NCBI GenBank assembly: GCA_031835245.2
Contig: JAVKOQ020000003.1
Span: forward strand, 434,001-498,000
Source of the DNA: Balamuthia mandrillaris
Lineage: Eukaryota
Length of the DNA stretch: 64,000 nt
Direction of reading: 5' to 3'
Below are positions 11,541 to 24,054 of the stretch, piece after piece. The notes below the pieces were generated by a model. The model saw only the letters and a list, made by a program, of their open reading frames with translations. It had not been told where the DNA came from and did not search any database. The first letter of the stretch is position 1; each line of letters starts with the position of its first letter. Position numbers and translations under genes: made by a program.

Positions 11541-13159
11541 ATGAGCAAAGCGAGCAGTGATGAGCCGTCCGCAGGAGAGGAGCAGGAGAAGAAGAGGACG
11601 CGCCTGATCGTGCTCGGGGACTCCACCCCCAACAAAGGCTTCCCCTCCAACAAGGTCCGCAACGCTCGCTACGCCACCAACTTTCAGCTGCTGACGTGGG
11701 GCCTGCTGCGCTGCATCTTCAGCAGCGTCTCCTCCGTCTACTTCTTCACGGTGGGCATGCTCCAGATGTTCACCCCGTGGAGCCCCACCGGAAAGTTCGC
11801 CACCATCGGCCCCTACTCGGGAAACAAGATCTTTGAGATGGCGTACCTCTACTGGTTCAACAACAAAGATCGAAAAAACGATGAAGAGGTTTGTTCTCTC
11901 TCTCTCTCTCTCTCTCGCTCTCCGTTGTGTGTTTTTTTGTGTGTGTGGAGTATTTCTTTCTTGTCGTCTATCTTTCGTTTTTTTTGCCAAGCCTTTTTTT
12001 CCTCTGTGGAACAGGTGAATACGAGAAAAGTGAAGGTGGTGACACGACAAGGCGTCATTACGAAGGAGCGCAAAGACTTGAAAGTGGGAGATATGATACA
12101 CATTGAGGAAGTTGGCTCTGCTGGCAATGAAGAAAGGTATCGTTTCTTTCTTTTCGTTTTTTTTTCCTTTGTTTTTTGCTCATTTTGTGCTTTTCGCTCT
12201 TTTCGTAACACACAAAAGACACGAAGTACCAGTGGACATGTTGTTAGTTCACTCCAGCACGAGAGACGTATTTGTGGACATGAGTTCATTGACTGGAGAA
12301 AAAGACTCTGTTCAACGAAAGGTTCTTACTCTGCTTATCATTTTATGTTGTTTTTTTTTTGTTAGGTTGGTTTTAACTTATTTCTTTTTGAAAAATAAAT
12401 AAAAGGTACCGGAGGGATTGGAGCTTGACGATCCAAGCACCATTCCGTTGCATGGCATCCTTTATTCCTCTGCTCCAAGACCTGATTTGGATCATTTCAG
12501 AGGAGAAGTCTACGTTGGCACCAAGTGTTATCCTTGCACATATGAGAACATCGTTCTCGCTGGTTCTTATCTTTTCAAGGTACTTATGCTCTTCAAGGAG
12601 AAAGGAAAGGCAAATAATAGCTGAGCAGAACCAGAACATATAGAACAGGATAGCGACGATAGTAATTTATAATCGTTTATTTTTTCTTTAGGGAAAGGAC
12701 GTTTATGGTTTGGTCATCGCGACAGGTAATGATACCAAGATCCGCCTCAAGCAAACTCGCTTTTCGCACAAATCGTGGTCGTTACAACAACGAATGAACC
12801 TTATCACCACCATCACGCTAGTTTTCCTTGTGACGTTCATCATGGTGGGAGCTTATGGATACTTCTCTAACTCCGATAACTCTCATTCCATTGAAGTCTA
12901 CCAAGTGATGGCTATTTACTTTCTTTTGTTTAATGGTACGTGCTATTTTCCTTATTTTTTGCTCTGGTGCTTTCTTTTTGTATTCATCTCTCATTGTTGT
13001 TCTTATTATTATTTTTGTTAGGCTTAATCGCCCAAACGCTGCAATTTACATTGGACGTGGTAAGAGGCGTACAAGCCTGGGAAGTAGACGCTGAAGTGAA
13101 GAACCCTCATGCCATTGAACAACTAGGATTAGCTCAAGCTATCGTGTTTGACAAAGTAC

Positions 13160-13199
<40 letters not shown>

Positions 13200-13920
13200 T
13201 AACTGTGCTTCTTTGCAGACGGGAACGTTGACCCAAAACAAGTTGCAACCGATTGTATTGAGCGTGATGGGAGACCGATTGTACATGATTTACAACAAAG
13301 AAAAGGGTAGCCCTAAACGACTCAAGCATTCAAAGATCACTGAAAATTTGAATCATTTGCTACTGTCTATTTGCCTAAACAACACTGTGGTTTGTTTATT
13401 ACCTTCTAACTTTTGTTTTTGCTTCCAAAAAAAATTTCGCTGACTCTTTTTGCTTCGTTCATTAATATAGATGAGAGGAGAAGATGGTGGTGAATCGCCT
13501 TCTTACTTTGGCACATCTGCTGATGAAGTGGCTCTCATGCAAAGCGTTTTCGAGTCTGCTGGCTATTTTATCATCTCTCGCACTCAAACTACTGAAGGCG
13601 AAGAACTTTTGTTGCACACTCCTGAACAATGCGTAATTTATATGTTCTTTTTTTCTTTCGTTCTCGTTGTTGTTCTTCTTTACTTGTTTTGTTGCGCCTG
13701 CTTCTTTCATTTTTTTTCTTTCTGCAATGGTTAACCATAATTATTCTAACTCTTTTTTTCAAACAAACGGTATAGCCACAAAGTTATATGCAAGGGAATA
13801 CTCTTTGGAGAACATTGTATGTCTATAAGTACACAAGTAAACGCGGCATGATGACTGTCATCGTCCAAAACAAACGTACCAATCGTATTTATCTCTACAC
13901 CAAAGGCTCTCCTGAACGGT

Positions 13921-13957
<37 letters not shown>

Positions 13958-16393
13958 CTCTCTCTCACCTTGCTAACGAAAAAAAAAAAAAAACACAAAA
14001 AAACACACACACAAAACATATCAGAGTGATGACACTACTCCGAAAACAAGACCAAAAAGAAGCCAGAGAACGAGTGGACATGCTCGCAAGCCGCGGTCTT
14101 CGAGTCTTACTCTTTGCATACGTTGAGTTAGACTTTTGGGGCGGAGACGGAGAAGGGCAGGTCTCTGAAGCAGAACGAGCCTTCCGCGCCGCTCTCTTGA
14201 ACAAGGACGAGGCAGCGATGCTCAGCTTTCGTCACGACTATCTCAAGGAGATGGTCGCTTTGGGAGTCACCGGAACGGAAGATCAGCTGCAACCTTATCT
14301 CAAGCGCACGATGAGGACGTTGCAAGAGAAACAAATCATCACGTTGATGTGCACTGGAGACATAAAGTTAACCGCGGAGAACATTGGAAAGAACTGCGGC
14401 ATTCTGCCAACTGGAAAGAATGCCAAAATCTTTGACATTCATGAGCATAGCGACCTGTCGTTGGAACAGCAGCTAGAGAGAGCGGAGCAGTGCAGCGATC
14501 CTAAGGGCTTGCTAGTTGGAAAGGTACTTTATTCTCTTCTGTTTATATTTACAGGTTGTCGTTTGTAATTCTAAATTGACTCTCGCATAAAGAACCAACT
14601 ATTAGCTATTCTAGAGGACAAAGCGTTACGTCGTCGCTTCTTCCATTTGGTCTGCACGAGTAGAGGAGTGGTCACGTTCAGGGCTCACCCAAAGCTAAAA
14701 GCCATGTTGACTCGTTTTTTGATGAAGAACGGTCTTATCACGTGTTCGGTGGGAGACGGCGCCAATGACATCGACATGATTAAACAAGCTCACATAGGTG
14801 TTGGCATTAAAGACGGTGAGAACACACATGCCGCTGGCAGGTCCGTTTTTTTACTATGCCTTTCACTCGTTCTGTTTGCTATTCTCTTGTTTTGAGTTTG
14901 TTTTCTTTCTACGTTTTTGCTTTTATACAAAATATCTGACCGATGGCTACAGTAGCGACTTGGCCATCAAAAACGTGAGTCAACTGCCCCATTTGATCCT
15001 CCACTACGGCAAACACAACTGGGAGAAGAACGTGCGAATGACCCATCTCATCTCCTCCATGAAGATGACAATCGTCTTGACGCTCCTCTTTTACGACATG
15101 TGGAACGGCTTCATCGCCAAAGCTTTATTCATCGGCAAGATGTTGCTCTCCTATAACTTCTTTTATGGATGGGGAACGGGAGCATATGGCATCTTCCATT
15201 TGGATGAAGAAGAAGAGAAAGTAGAAAACGAAGGAAAAGAAGCTAAAGAAGTAGAGGAGGAAGAAGATGATGAAAGTGATGATGAAGAAGGAACAGATTT
15301 TTTGAAGGACGTAGAAATGGAAGATGAAGAAAAAGAAGATGAAATTGAAGTAAAAGAAGAGATTATGATGAAGGAAGAAGAAGAACGCAGCGAAGTCATC
15401 GTAGAACGGCACCATCAAGAAGAAGAAAGAGTTCTCCGTCGCCTAACTCAAAAGAGACAACAAAGAGGACGTTACATTCTCAAAGCTTCTTCCTCCATGT
15501 ACGAATCTTCCATGTCTCCTCCTTCCATTCGTGCTCGACCCAGCCGTTCCTCTTCTTCCTCTTCTTCCGCGTCTTCCCCTCCTTCTTCTAGCAAACAGAA
15601 ACAAAAGGACTTAAACTTAATGCGACAATATAGTCGTTTCCTCAACGACTATCTCAACAGCAACAAAAAGCAACAACAAGAAGACCTCAAAGGCAAAACG
15701 AAGAGAAGCAGAAATCGCAAAAACGTTTACAACAAAGAAGCCAGCATCGACTCCATCAGCATCCCCAAAACTGCTATTTGGTGGCTCACCGCCGCCCTAG
15801 ACTCCTCTCTCGCCCTCTTTCTCTCCATCTTCTATTGGAATCACTATTCCTCCTCCTCATCAACCCCTTCTCCCACCATTTATGTGCCACTGTTCGCAGA
15901 AGACATACCGACCCTGTCTTTCTCCGTTTTTGTGGTAATCATGATTTGGGTCAACCTGCGCGTCGCCCTCCAAACCAGGAATCGCTTGGTGCATTGGGTC
16001 ACGGCCATCACCTTGATCCTCTTTGCCGCCATTTATGTTTTGCCGGCGTGGAGGTACTTGCCAGAAGGGTTTGTGCCGTATGTGCTCTTCATGACGTTGC
16101 TGTTCCTGACGGTGAACTACTTTTGTGCACGAGTGCTTCGTTTTCTCTTTGCTTCAACGGCTTCTTCTTCTGCTTCTTTTTCGTTGTTGAAGGGCGAAGA
16201 GAAGAAAGACGGAGAAGGAAAGAAGGGAGCAGAAGAAGAAGAAGGGAGAGGAAAAGAGAAAGCAGTTGCGGTTGGATTTCAGCTGGCAGAGACGACGAAT
16301 GCAGTTGTCTTTGGCTCTTCCAGCGCGAACGGAGAAGACGAAGAGGAGGAAACCAAACTGCTTCGAAGACGACGACGAGAGAAGAGAAAGTAA
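11541..16393 (+). CDS. Divergent P-type ATPase most similar to P4 phospholipid flippases, multi-exon
   Basis: FPSNKVRNARY, DK|TGTLTQN (phosphorylation motif split by an intron), SADEVALM, TSKRGMMTVIV, KGSPE, GVTGTEDQLQ, MCTGD, GDGANDIDMIKQAHIGVGI and C-terminal TM helices. Confidence 0.9.
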
Positions 16394-16432
16394 AAATAAA
16401 ATAAAATAAAATAAAATAAACCTTATTTTCTT

Positions 16433-17957
16433 TTAAAAAACAGAGAATGGGCGCAAAAGACGTGCAGCATCGGCATCATCACCATTGGACTCGGAGTCAC
16501 CATCGCCATCGCCATCGCCATCAGAGTTACCACCATCGTCGGTATCACTGGTCTCGTCTTGGAGGTCAGAGCTGTCGTAGTTGATTCGGTCGAGGTCGGG
16601 ATAGCTCGTCACCACATAGGACTCGATGCCACAGTGATCACTTCCTCTTAAAATTTATTTTTAGTTGTTGTTAAGTGTTTTTAAGCAAAAAAAATAAAAT
16701 ATAATAAAATAAAATAACATATAAAAAATAAAAAAAATGAAAAAATAAATTTCGATTAAATATATTATTTTAAGACGATACCTTGAAATATCCGTTGTCG
16801 CCCCAGTTTTCACCCCAACTGTTGGCACACTACCAATAGGGCTTGCCTTGAAGATTCAAAACGAAAGAAGAGGTAGGGCTAAGAAGAATGCAAGAAAGAG
16901 GCTGAAGCGAAGAAGAAACTCGAAACATACCGCCTTCGACTCCCCAACCGAGAACGCGAATGGCATGGCCTCCCTTCTCCATTCCGGATTGAGTATCGTA
17001 TACACCGCCATCATAATCGTAGAAATCCTGATACACCGTGAAGGCTTTCATATTCATCAAAGAAGAGCCGAAAGCGTTGATGCTGTTATGAAAGAGAGAG
17101 AAAATTGTACATGCCACTATCGGCCCGTTTTGATATATCTCTTTCATCATGCTCTCCACCGAAGAGATCTTATTACATTGAACGTTAGAAGGGAGCAGAA
17201 GAAGAGAAGAGAAGAAGAAACAGCAGCCCTCTTTTTTTAAAAGTAAAAAAAATAGGAATCGCCAGGCGGCATACCCTTTGGCATAGAAAGTGGTGTTTGT
17301 GGTTTCTCCAGAGTCGCAAACAAAGTCGGAGCAAGTCTCATCCTCGCCCACATATGACTTGCAGGACCCGCCCACCGTGCCTTCCTCTCCCAAATAGATG
17401 TAAGTTTGATCAATGTAACCTCCATCACAACCAGGGTTACAGCTTGTTCCCATATTTTCATCTGTTGTTACAACAGAAAGAGTTAGGCCGGAAAGAGGAA
17501 CAAGGAAATAAAAAACAATGCATACTTTTGCAGAAATGGTCGCAGTTGACTTGGTGTTGAGCCGAAAGCAGCCGTTCGGTTTAGAACAAAATAAAAATAA
17601 AGTTCTTTAACTCAAACCTGACTGGTAGAAACAGCCCAACAGCTTCCGCAGGAGCCTTGGTCCACGATTCCAAAGATACAATCGGGCCACTTGTACCTAG
17701 CATCAAAGGTTAACGGAGGGTCCGCCTCACGAAAAGTGCTTTTGGTGGGACACCAACTCGGGTCCACGTCCAACGAAGACAGTCCTATTTTGTTGTTTTG
17801 TTAACAATACCAAAAACCTTGCTTCTGGTCGAAATGGCGCCTGACCGTTACCGACTGCAACCTGATTTAAAAAAAACGAACCTAATCCTCGGTTCAAAAA
17901 GTCCTGCTGCGCATTGGCCGAGGCGCAGAGGAGAATGCCCACCGTCTGTCGATGCAT
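16433..17957 (-). pseudogene. Cathepsin B-like C1A cysteine protease, duplicate copy, probably damaged
   Basis: [14 protein letters not shown] and CANSWG are present. After the STSQ donor (about 17617) there is no usable AG acceptor, about 12 codons present in the paralog ([12 protein letters not shown]) are missing, and read-through hits TGA. No clear signal peptide; start uncertain. Confidence 0.65.
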
Positions 17958-18009
17958 TCAGAAAGCAATCACGTAATTATCCTTATATTTGTTAGACAGC
18001 CATGAAGCC

Positions 18010-18290
18010 GGTGTAGCCAGCCGAGTTCCGTTATCCTGAGGACACCCGTTCGCTCTCGCCCCATTTCAGCATCTCCAACCGCCCGTTCGCCGCAGCCCAT
18101 ACGCAAGTAAGCATCCGTTTTGTATCGCCCATTTCAGCACGTCCAGATGACCACCCCTTGCAACGGTGGAGCAGATCTCCGCTCGTCCGTTTGCGGGCGC
18201 CAACTGCAGCACTCCAAATTACCCTTGGAGGAAGAAAGCCGTTCACACAGCACTGCCTCGAGCAACAGTGTTTCGATGCAACAGACCTTC
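18010..18290 (-). pseudogene. Degenerate fragment of a GCPW-type ankyrin-repeat gene
   Basis: TCVWAAANGRLEMLKW followed by a frameshifted RANGCPQD; further broken repeats lie upstream. Confidence 0.7.
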
Positions 18291-19171
18291 ACTGGTTTTT
18301 GAGCGGAGTGCAACGGGCTGAGCTTCCTTTGTTTGTTCTTTTCTGGTCTTCTGGTATACTCTCCTCTGCTTCCAGTCTTTCTTTTATTTAGGTTAAGATG
18401 TTATTCACATCCGCACTTTCGCTCACCTGCATTTTTCTCTGTCCTCCCTGCTCGGTGTTGGAGGTGCATAGATAAATGGAAGCTCAGAAGCAAAGAAGGT
18501 CCGTTGAGGTACGTTGCCACCTGTTTAACGAAAAGGGTCCACGCCCATAAAGAACTGCAAAGTCCAGAGCCACAGGGAAAAAGACTTGGAGAAAAATCCG
18601 ACAAGAATGTTTGCTATAAGGGACATGCCGTAACCATACCAACCATAACACGAGGAAAATGCAACAGGGGCCCACCCCCATGGCCGAGTGGTCTACCATT
18701 TGGTCATAGCCTGCCAGAAAGGGGAAGGCCGCGTGTTCGACTCCAAGGAGCCGCACTTAGTGGTCGACGAAAAATTTCAACAAGCCTGGCCTTGGCCTCA
18801 CCCGGCGAGCCAAGAAAAATACACTGCCGAGAACATGGTGGCGATTTCTAGCAACCTTTGTGTCTCCCAAAGTGCTCTGTCCACTGCGGCAGTGGGACAA
18901 GTAAGAGGTGCCGTTTGTATGTATGTACCTACGAGGTTGAGCGGTTTCAACCCACTAGATAGCCAATAAACAATTCCTTAAAAAAAAAAAAATGCAACAA
19001 CAGTTCAAGTGGTATAAGCAAAACACGTTGAAACGCAACGACGAAACAGGAAGAAAACAGAGCAGCAGTTCACGAGCAGGGAGGACGGAGGCTGAAATCC
19101 AGCCATCAAACTGCAAGAAAACTGCCGACCACAACCTTCACCTGACAAACACATCAACTATGTTTGACCAC

Positions 19172-19199
19172 TATATAAGGCCGGCCTTTCGTCGGCCTT
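19172..19199 (+). promoter_or_regulatory. TATA box followed by a short inverted repeat
   Basis: TATATAAG at 19172-19179, about 100 nt before the ATG at 19273; AAGGCCGGC-ctttc-GTCGGCCTT. Confidence 0.55.
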
Positions 19200-19272
19200 C
19201 AAGCTCATCATCGACAAACAACAAACAAACAAACACACAAACCATCACTGCTGGACTACCATTCCTTTGGAA

Positions 19273-19742
19273 ATGAGAACATTGTTGTGGATCGCGTTGG
19301 GCTTACTCTTGGTGTCAGCTGCTGTGGCCAAGCCCTCCAAGAGAGGCGTCAACTATGGCAGTGGAGACGTTTCCTACGACGGCGACGAAGTGACCTATGA
19401 TGGCGGAGATGTTTCCTATGATGGCGGTGAAGTGACTTACGATGGCGGAGATGTTTCCTACGATGGAGGCGACGTGAGCTATGATGGCGGCGATGTGTCC
19501 TACGGAGAGGATGTGACGGCTCCTGAGATCACCTGGGAGAAGTACGAGGACGTCATCAGCATGCCCCAGCTGTACTTCGAGGACGTCTTGCTGGAGGACA
19601 TCAAGATGGAAAACCTGTACCCTGGAGACATGAAGGTCCCTGATGTGAACTTCCCCGAGATCCCCATGGGAAACTTGGAGCTCCCCAACGTGCCTGGTCC
19701 CAAGATCTACATCCCTGGTGATTATCTTCTCTCGTTGTCTAC

Positions 19743-19783
<41 letters not shown>

Positions 19784-20128
19784 TTAGCTCGCTCTGACTC
19801 CCAAAACACAGAGATCAAGTTCCCCAAGATCAAGCTTCCAGCCATCCAGTTCCCTGAGATTCAGCTTGAGGCCATCGAAATCCCCAGCATTCCTGCCAGG
19901 AGCATCACCTTGGAGGACCTGGAGCTGGAGAGCGTGGAGGTGCCTAACATCCAGATCCCCATCGTGGCTGGCCCTGTGATCAAGCTGCCCACCATCAAGA
20001 TGGCGGACATCAAGCTGCCTCATGTGAAGATTCCTAACGTGAAGGTGCCTGATGTGAACTACGAGTACGAGATCCCCAGCGTCCACTTCCCTGAGCCTGA
20101 GTTTGAGGATGTTGAGACTGGATACTAA
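19273..20128 (+). CDS. Secreted acidic repeat protein (heptad then pentapeptide repeats), putative structural or cyst protein
   Basis: Signal peptide MRTLLWIALGLLLVSAAVA, a KR site, about 7 [DE]V[ST]YDG[GD] heptads and about 28 pentads such as FPEIK/LPTIK/VPDVN. One intron at 19718-19811; strong C/G-ending codon bias. Confidence 0.85.
19366..19510 (+). repeat. 21-bp coding tandem repeat, about 7 copies
   Basis: gatgtttcctatgatggcgga-type units whose differences are mostly synonymous. Confidence 0.9.
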
Positions 20129-20381
20129 GCGGAGGGTGAACTAAGACAGTTTTGAACATGCCAAGGTGTTACTTCTGGCGTTTTTTGAAACATTTGTTTT
20201 GAATGTTTCACACAACCAAAACAAAGATTTTGTTTTCCTCATGGCTTCTTTCTTCTTCTTCTACTTCTTCTCTTCTTGTTCTTCGGTCTGCGGTCTTCGT
20301 TTGTTTTATTTATTGTTTTGTTTTGCTTTTTGCTTCTGGGAAGAAGAATGAAGCACAATGAGGAAGACCCAAACCTAATCT

Positions 20382-21961
20382 TTATTTTTTATCTGCACGG
20401 CAATAGTGAAAGAAGAAAGAGAGAGGAGCGGAGGGAGCATCCGAAGGTTCCAGAAAGTCGTCCGAGTCATCCTGCAGGTCCGAGCTGTCCAGGTCCACTC
20501 TCTCCATGTCCGCGGAACTGGTCACCACATAGGACTCAATGCCAAGGTGATTCTCTCCTCTTAAAATCTGGTTTTTGTTTTTGTTTTATTGTTTAAGAAG
20601 GAAGAAAGCGCACTACAAAGGCAGAGGGAGGGAGAGAGAGGGAGAGAGAGAGAGAGAGGAGAGCTGGAAACATACCTTGAAGTAACCGTTTTCTCCCCAA
20701 TCGGTGCCCCAGCTGTTGGCACACAACCAATAAGGCTTTCCTGTTTTGTTGAATGTGAGTAGGAAAAGGGAAGAAGGAGCAGAAAAAAAGGTAGTTATTA
20801 ACAAAGAGGAGAGGAGCAAAAAACAAACCATCCTCTTCGCCCCAGCCAAGCATACGGATGGCATGCCCGCCTTCGGCCGATCCTTCTTGTGTGTCATACA
20901 CTCCGCCATCATAGTCATAAAAGTCTTCATATACAGTGAAACCTGATAAACAAAATAAATGTGAGAAACCAAGCAGTTCAACGTTAGGTCGGTTGTTATA
21001 GAAACAATACCAGCAACAACAGGGCCGTTCTCATAGATCTCTCTCTTAATGTGTTCTACCGAGATAACCTGGTTACACCTGTATATGTTGTTTAATGTTT
21101 GAAAATTAAGTAAAATAGGAATCGCTAGGCGGCATACCCTTCGGCATAGAAAGTGGTGGCAGTGGTTTCTCCCGAGTCGCAAACAAAGTCGGAGCAAGTC
21201 TCATCCTCGCCCACGTATGACTTGCAGGACTCGCCCACCGTGCCTTCCTCTCCCAAATAGATGAAGGCCTGGTCCATGTAACCTCCATTACAACCCGAGT
21301 TGCAGCTTGTTCCCAAAACGGGTTCTTTTTACCGACATAAAAGTAAGAAAAGAAGGTGGTAAACATGTAAGAGAGGAGCGAATAGAGGGAAGAATGAAGA
21401 GAGAAGTGAGAAGAGATAAACTACGTTTGCATGAGCTATCGCAATCGACTTGATGTTGAGCGGACATCAACTTTCTCACAGTGCTGTTACTGCTGATACA
21501 AAACCTATCCGAAAGCACCTTTTTTGTTTGTCCATCAGTATTGTCTTTAGCTTCTGGCGCCTCATCCCACTGCTAACGACACTTCGAAGAAGATGGAGAA
21601 AAAAAAAAAAGGAAAAATAGAAACCTGACTTGTGGAAACAGCCCAGCAGCTGCCGCAGGAGCCTTGGTCGGTAATGCCAGAGATGCACCCGGACCACTCC
21701 TCTCTCGCGTCAAAGCTGTCCGGCAGAGGGACGTCTCCTTTGAAGGTTTTGGGAGGGCACAGGTCAGGGTCGATGTCCAAGCTGGCCAAACCTATCGATG
21801 AAACAACGCATGTTAAAGCAACGAAAACCCAAAAAAAAAAACAAACAGAAACCCTTACCTAAAGCTCGCAGAAAACGGCCTTGACCGAAAACAGTCGGCA
21901 AGGCGCTAAAGCAAAGCGCGGCGGCAGCCAACAAGAAGAAGAGGCGTTCGTAGTGCTGCAT
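20382..21961 (-). CDS. Cathepsin B-like C1A cysteine protease, secreted, multi-exon
   Basis: Signal peptide [41 protein letters not shown] (Cys), [17 protein letters not shown] (His), [19 protein letters not shown] (Asn) and [12 protein letters not shown]. Confidence 0.92.
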
Positions 21962-22166
21962 GTTCGCTTTGTTATTGTTTCTCTTTCTGTTTTGTTGGCT
22001 TATAAATTGAGGCAACAGAAAAGTAGCCGGATCTGGCTGGCGCAAATATCGAAAATAATTTCGAAATGATCAAATTTCGGAATTTTTAATTAATTCATTT
22101 CATCTAATTGTCCTTTTTTATAGGAAATTTATTAAAAATTCTGATTTGTGATTGGTGCTTTGAAAA

Positions 22167-23292
22167 ATGAGATCAACACAAAGAAGCAAGCACCGGAGGA
22201 GGAGCACCTGGCGGGGTGACTGGCTGCCAGACGAACTGCTGCAAGCCATTTTGGCGGCGGTGGACCCAAGTTTCGTGGCCATCGCGGCCAGGACCTGTCG
22301 TGCTTGGTTCCGCTGTGCCCCGCCCCCTCCTCTTCGAAACCGTTTGTGCAAGCGGGCGGTGTGCGGTTCCCTCACGCTTCTGCGATGGGCGGTGGGGGAG
22401 GCGGATCTTGGCTGCCCTGCGAACCTGCGCGGCAGCTGCCGCAAACGGGCACTTGGAGGTGCTGAAGTGGTTGAGAGAGAACGGCTGTCCTTGGGACCAG
22501 AGAACCTGCGCGGCTGCTGCCGCGAACGGGCGCTTGGAGGCGCTGAAGTGGGCAAGAGAGAACGGATGTATTTGGAACTCAACCACCTGCGCAGCTGCCG
22601 CAAGTGCTGGACGGTTGAAAGTCTTACAGTGGGCCAGAGGGAATGGATGCCCTTGGGATGAGGGGACGTGCACATCCGCAGCTTCGATAGGCCGTTTGGA
22701 AGCGCTGCAATGGGTGAAGGACAACAGATGCCCTTGGTACTTCAACACCTGCGAAGGTGAGGCAAAGCACGAACATTTGGAAGTGCTGCAGTGGTTGAAA
22801 GGGAATGAGTGGCTTTTGCCCTTCGAAAGCGCTGACACAGAGGTGCTGAAATGGGCCAGAGAGAACGGATGCCCTTGGAGCCCAACCACCTGCGCAGCTG
22901 CTGCAAGGGCTGGACAGTTGGAAGTGGTACAATGGGCCAGAGAGAACGGATGCCCCTGGGATTCTTTGACGTGCACCGCTGCTGCTGCAGCTGGACAGTT
23001 GGAAGTGTTACAATGGGCCAGAGAGAACGGATGCCCTTGGGACGAGTGGACTTGCCATGCAGCTGCGCTGGCTGGACATATGGAGGTGCTAAAGTGGGCC
23101 AAGGAAAACGGTTGCCCTTGGGACGAACACACTTGTGGGGCCGCTGCAGGGGAGGGACACTTGGAGGTGCTGAAATGGCTGAGAGAGAACGGCTGTCCTT
23201 GGACCCAGTGGGAGGTCTTCCATGCCGCCTACAGAAGCAATCAACGGCATGTGTTGACATGGCTAAGAGAGGGTGGGAGTTACAAGTTTTGA
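22167..23292 (+). pseudogene. Intronless F-box-like plus GCPW ankyrin-repeat gene, frameshifted
   Basis: LPDELLQAIL...AARTCRAW in frame 22167 switches to the repeat frame (ORF 22216) near 22410-22420. One repeat near 22800-22840 is also internally deleted. Confidence 0.75.
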
Positions 23293-23298
23293 AGTCAC

Positions 23299-23303
<5 letters not shown>

Positions 23304-23348
<45 letters not shown>

Positions 23349-23625
23349 CTCTCTTCTCTCTTCTCCCTCTCTCTTTTCTCTCTTCTCTCTTCTCTCGCTC
23401 TCTTCTCTCTTCTCTCTCCCTCTCTTCTCTCTCTCGCTCTCTCTTTTCTCTCTTCTCTCTTCCCTTCTCTCTCTCTTCTCTCGCTCTCTCTTCTCTCTCT
23501 CTCTTCTCTCTTCTCTCTCTTCTCTCTTCTCTCTTCTCTCTCTTCTCTCTCTTCTCTCTCTCTCCTCTCTTCTCTCTCTCGCTCTCTCGCTCTCTCCTCT
23601 CTCCTCTCTCCTCTCTTCTCTATCT
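23304..23625. repeat. Compound CT-rich microsatellite (polypyrimidine tract)
   Basis: About 320 bp of almost pure C/T: (CT)n and CTCTCTT units. Confidence 0.95.
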
Positions 23626-23747
23626 CCCACCAAACCGCGAGCTAGTCGACTATAATAATTTGAATTTTGGTTGGTGAAAAACACAGATTGATCAGGCAAT
23701 TAATTTACGTCGACAAAGAAAAAGAAGCAAAAAACAGAAAAAGCGAG

Positions 23748-24012
23748 ATGCAACAAGCGACACAGCAGCAGCTAAGTCAAGCGTTGAACGTACCCACCCA
23801 CCCACCCTCCCTCTCTTTCTTTCTTTCTTTTCTTCTCTTTCTTGTTTGTAAGTATTTTTTTTCTCACTTTTTGTGGAAAAATAAAAGACGGTGAAAGAAG
23901 CCATCGACGCTGACACTCGTTGTGACTATGAGAGTGCCTATCGTCTCTACCTGCAGAGCTTGGAGCATTTCAAATGGGCTTGGAATGGTTCCTTTTGCAT
24001 TTTATACTATTT

Positions 24013-24054
<42 letters not shown>

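Noticed and set aside
18333..18969. Short ORFs in coding-like DNA between the ankyrin remnant and the secreted gene
   Set aside because: No recognisable motif or consistent gene model; may be a decayed sequence but cannot be supported.
23273..23699. Ser/Leu-rich and Arg/Glu-rich ORFs
   Set aside because: Artefacts of the CT microsatellite.
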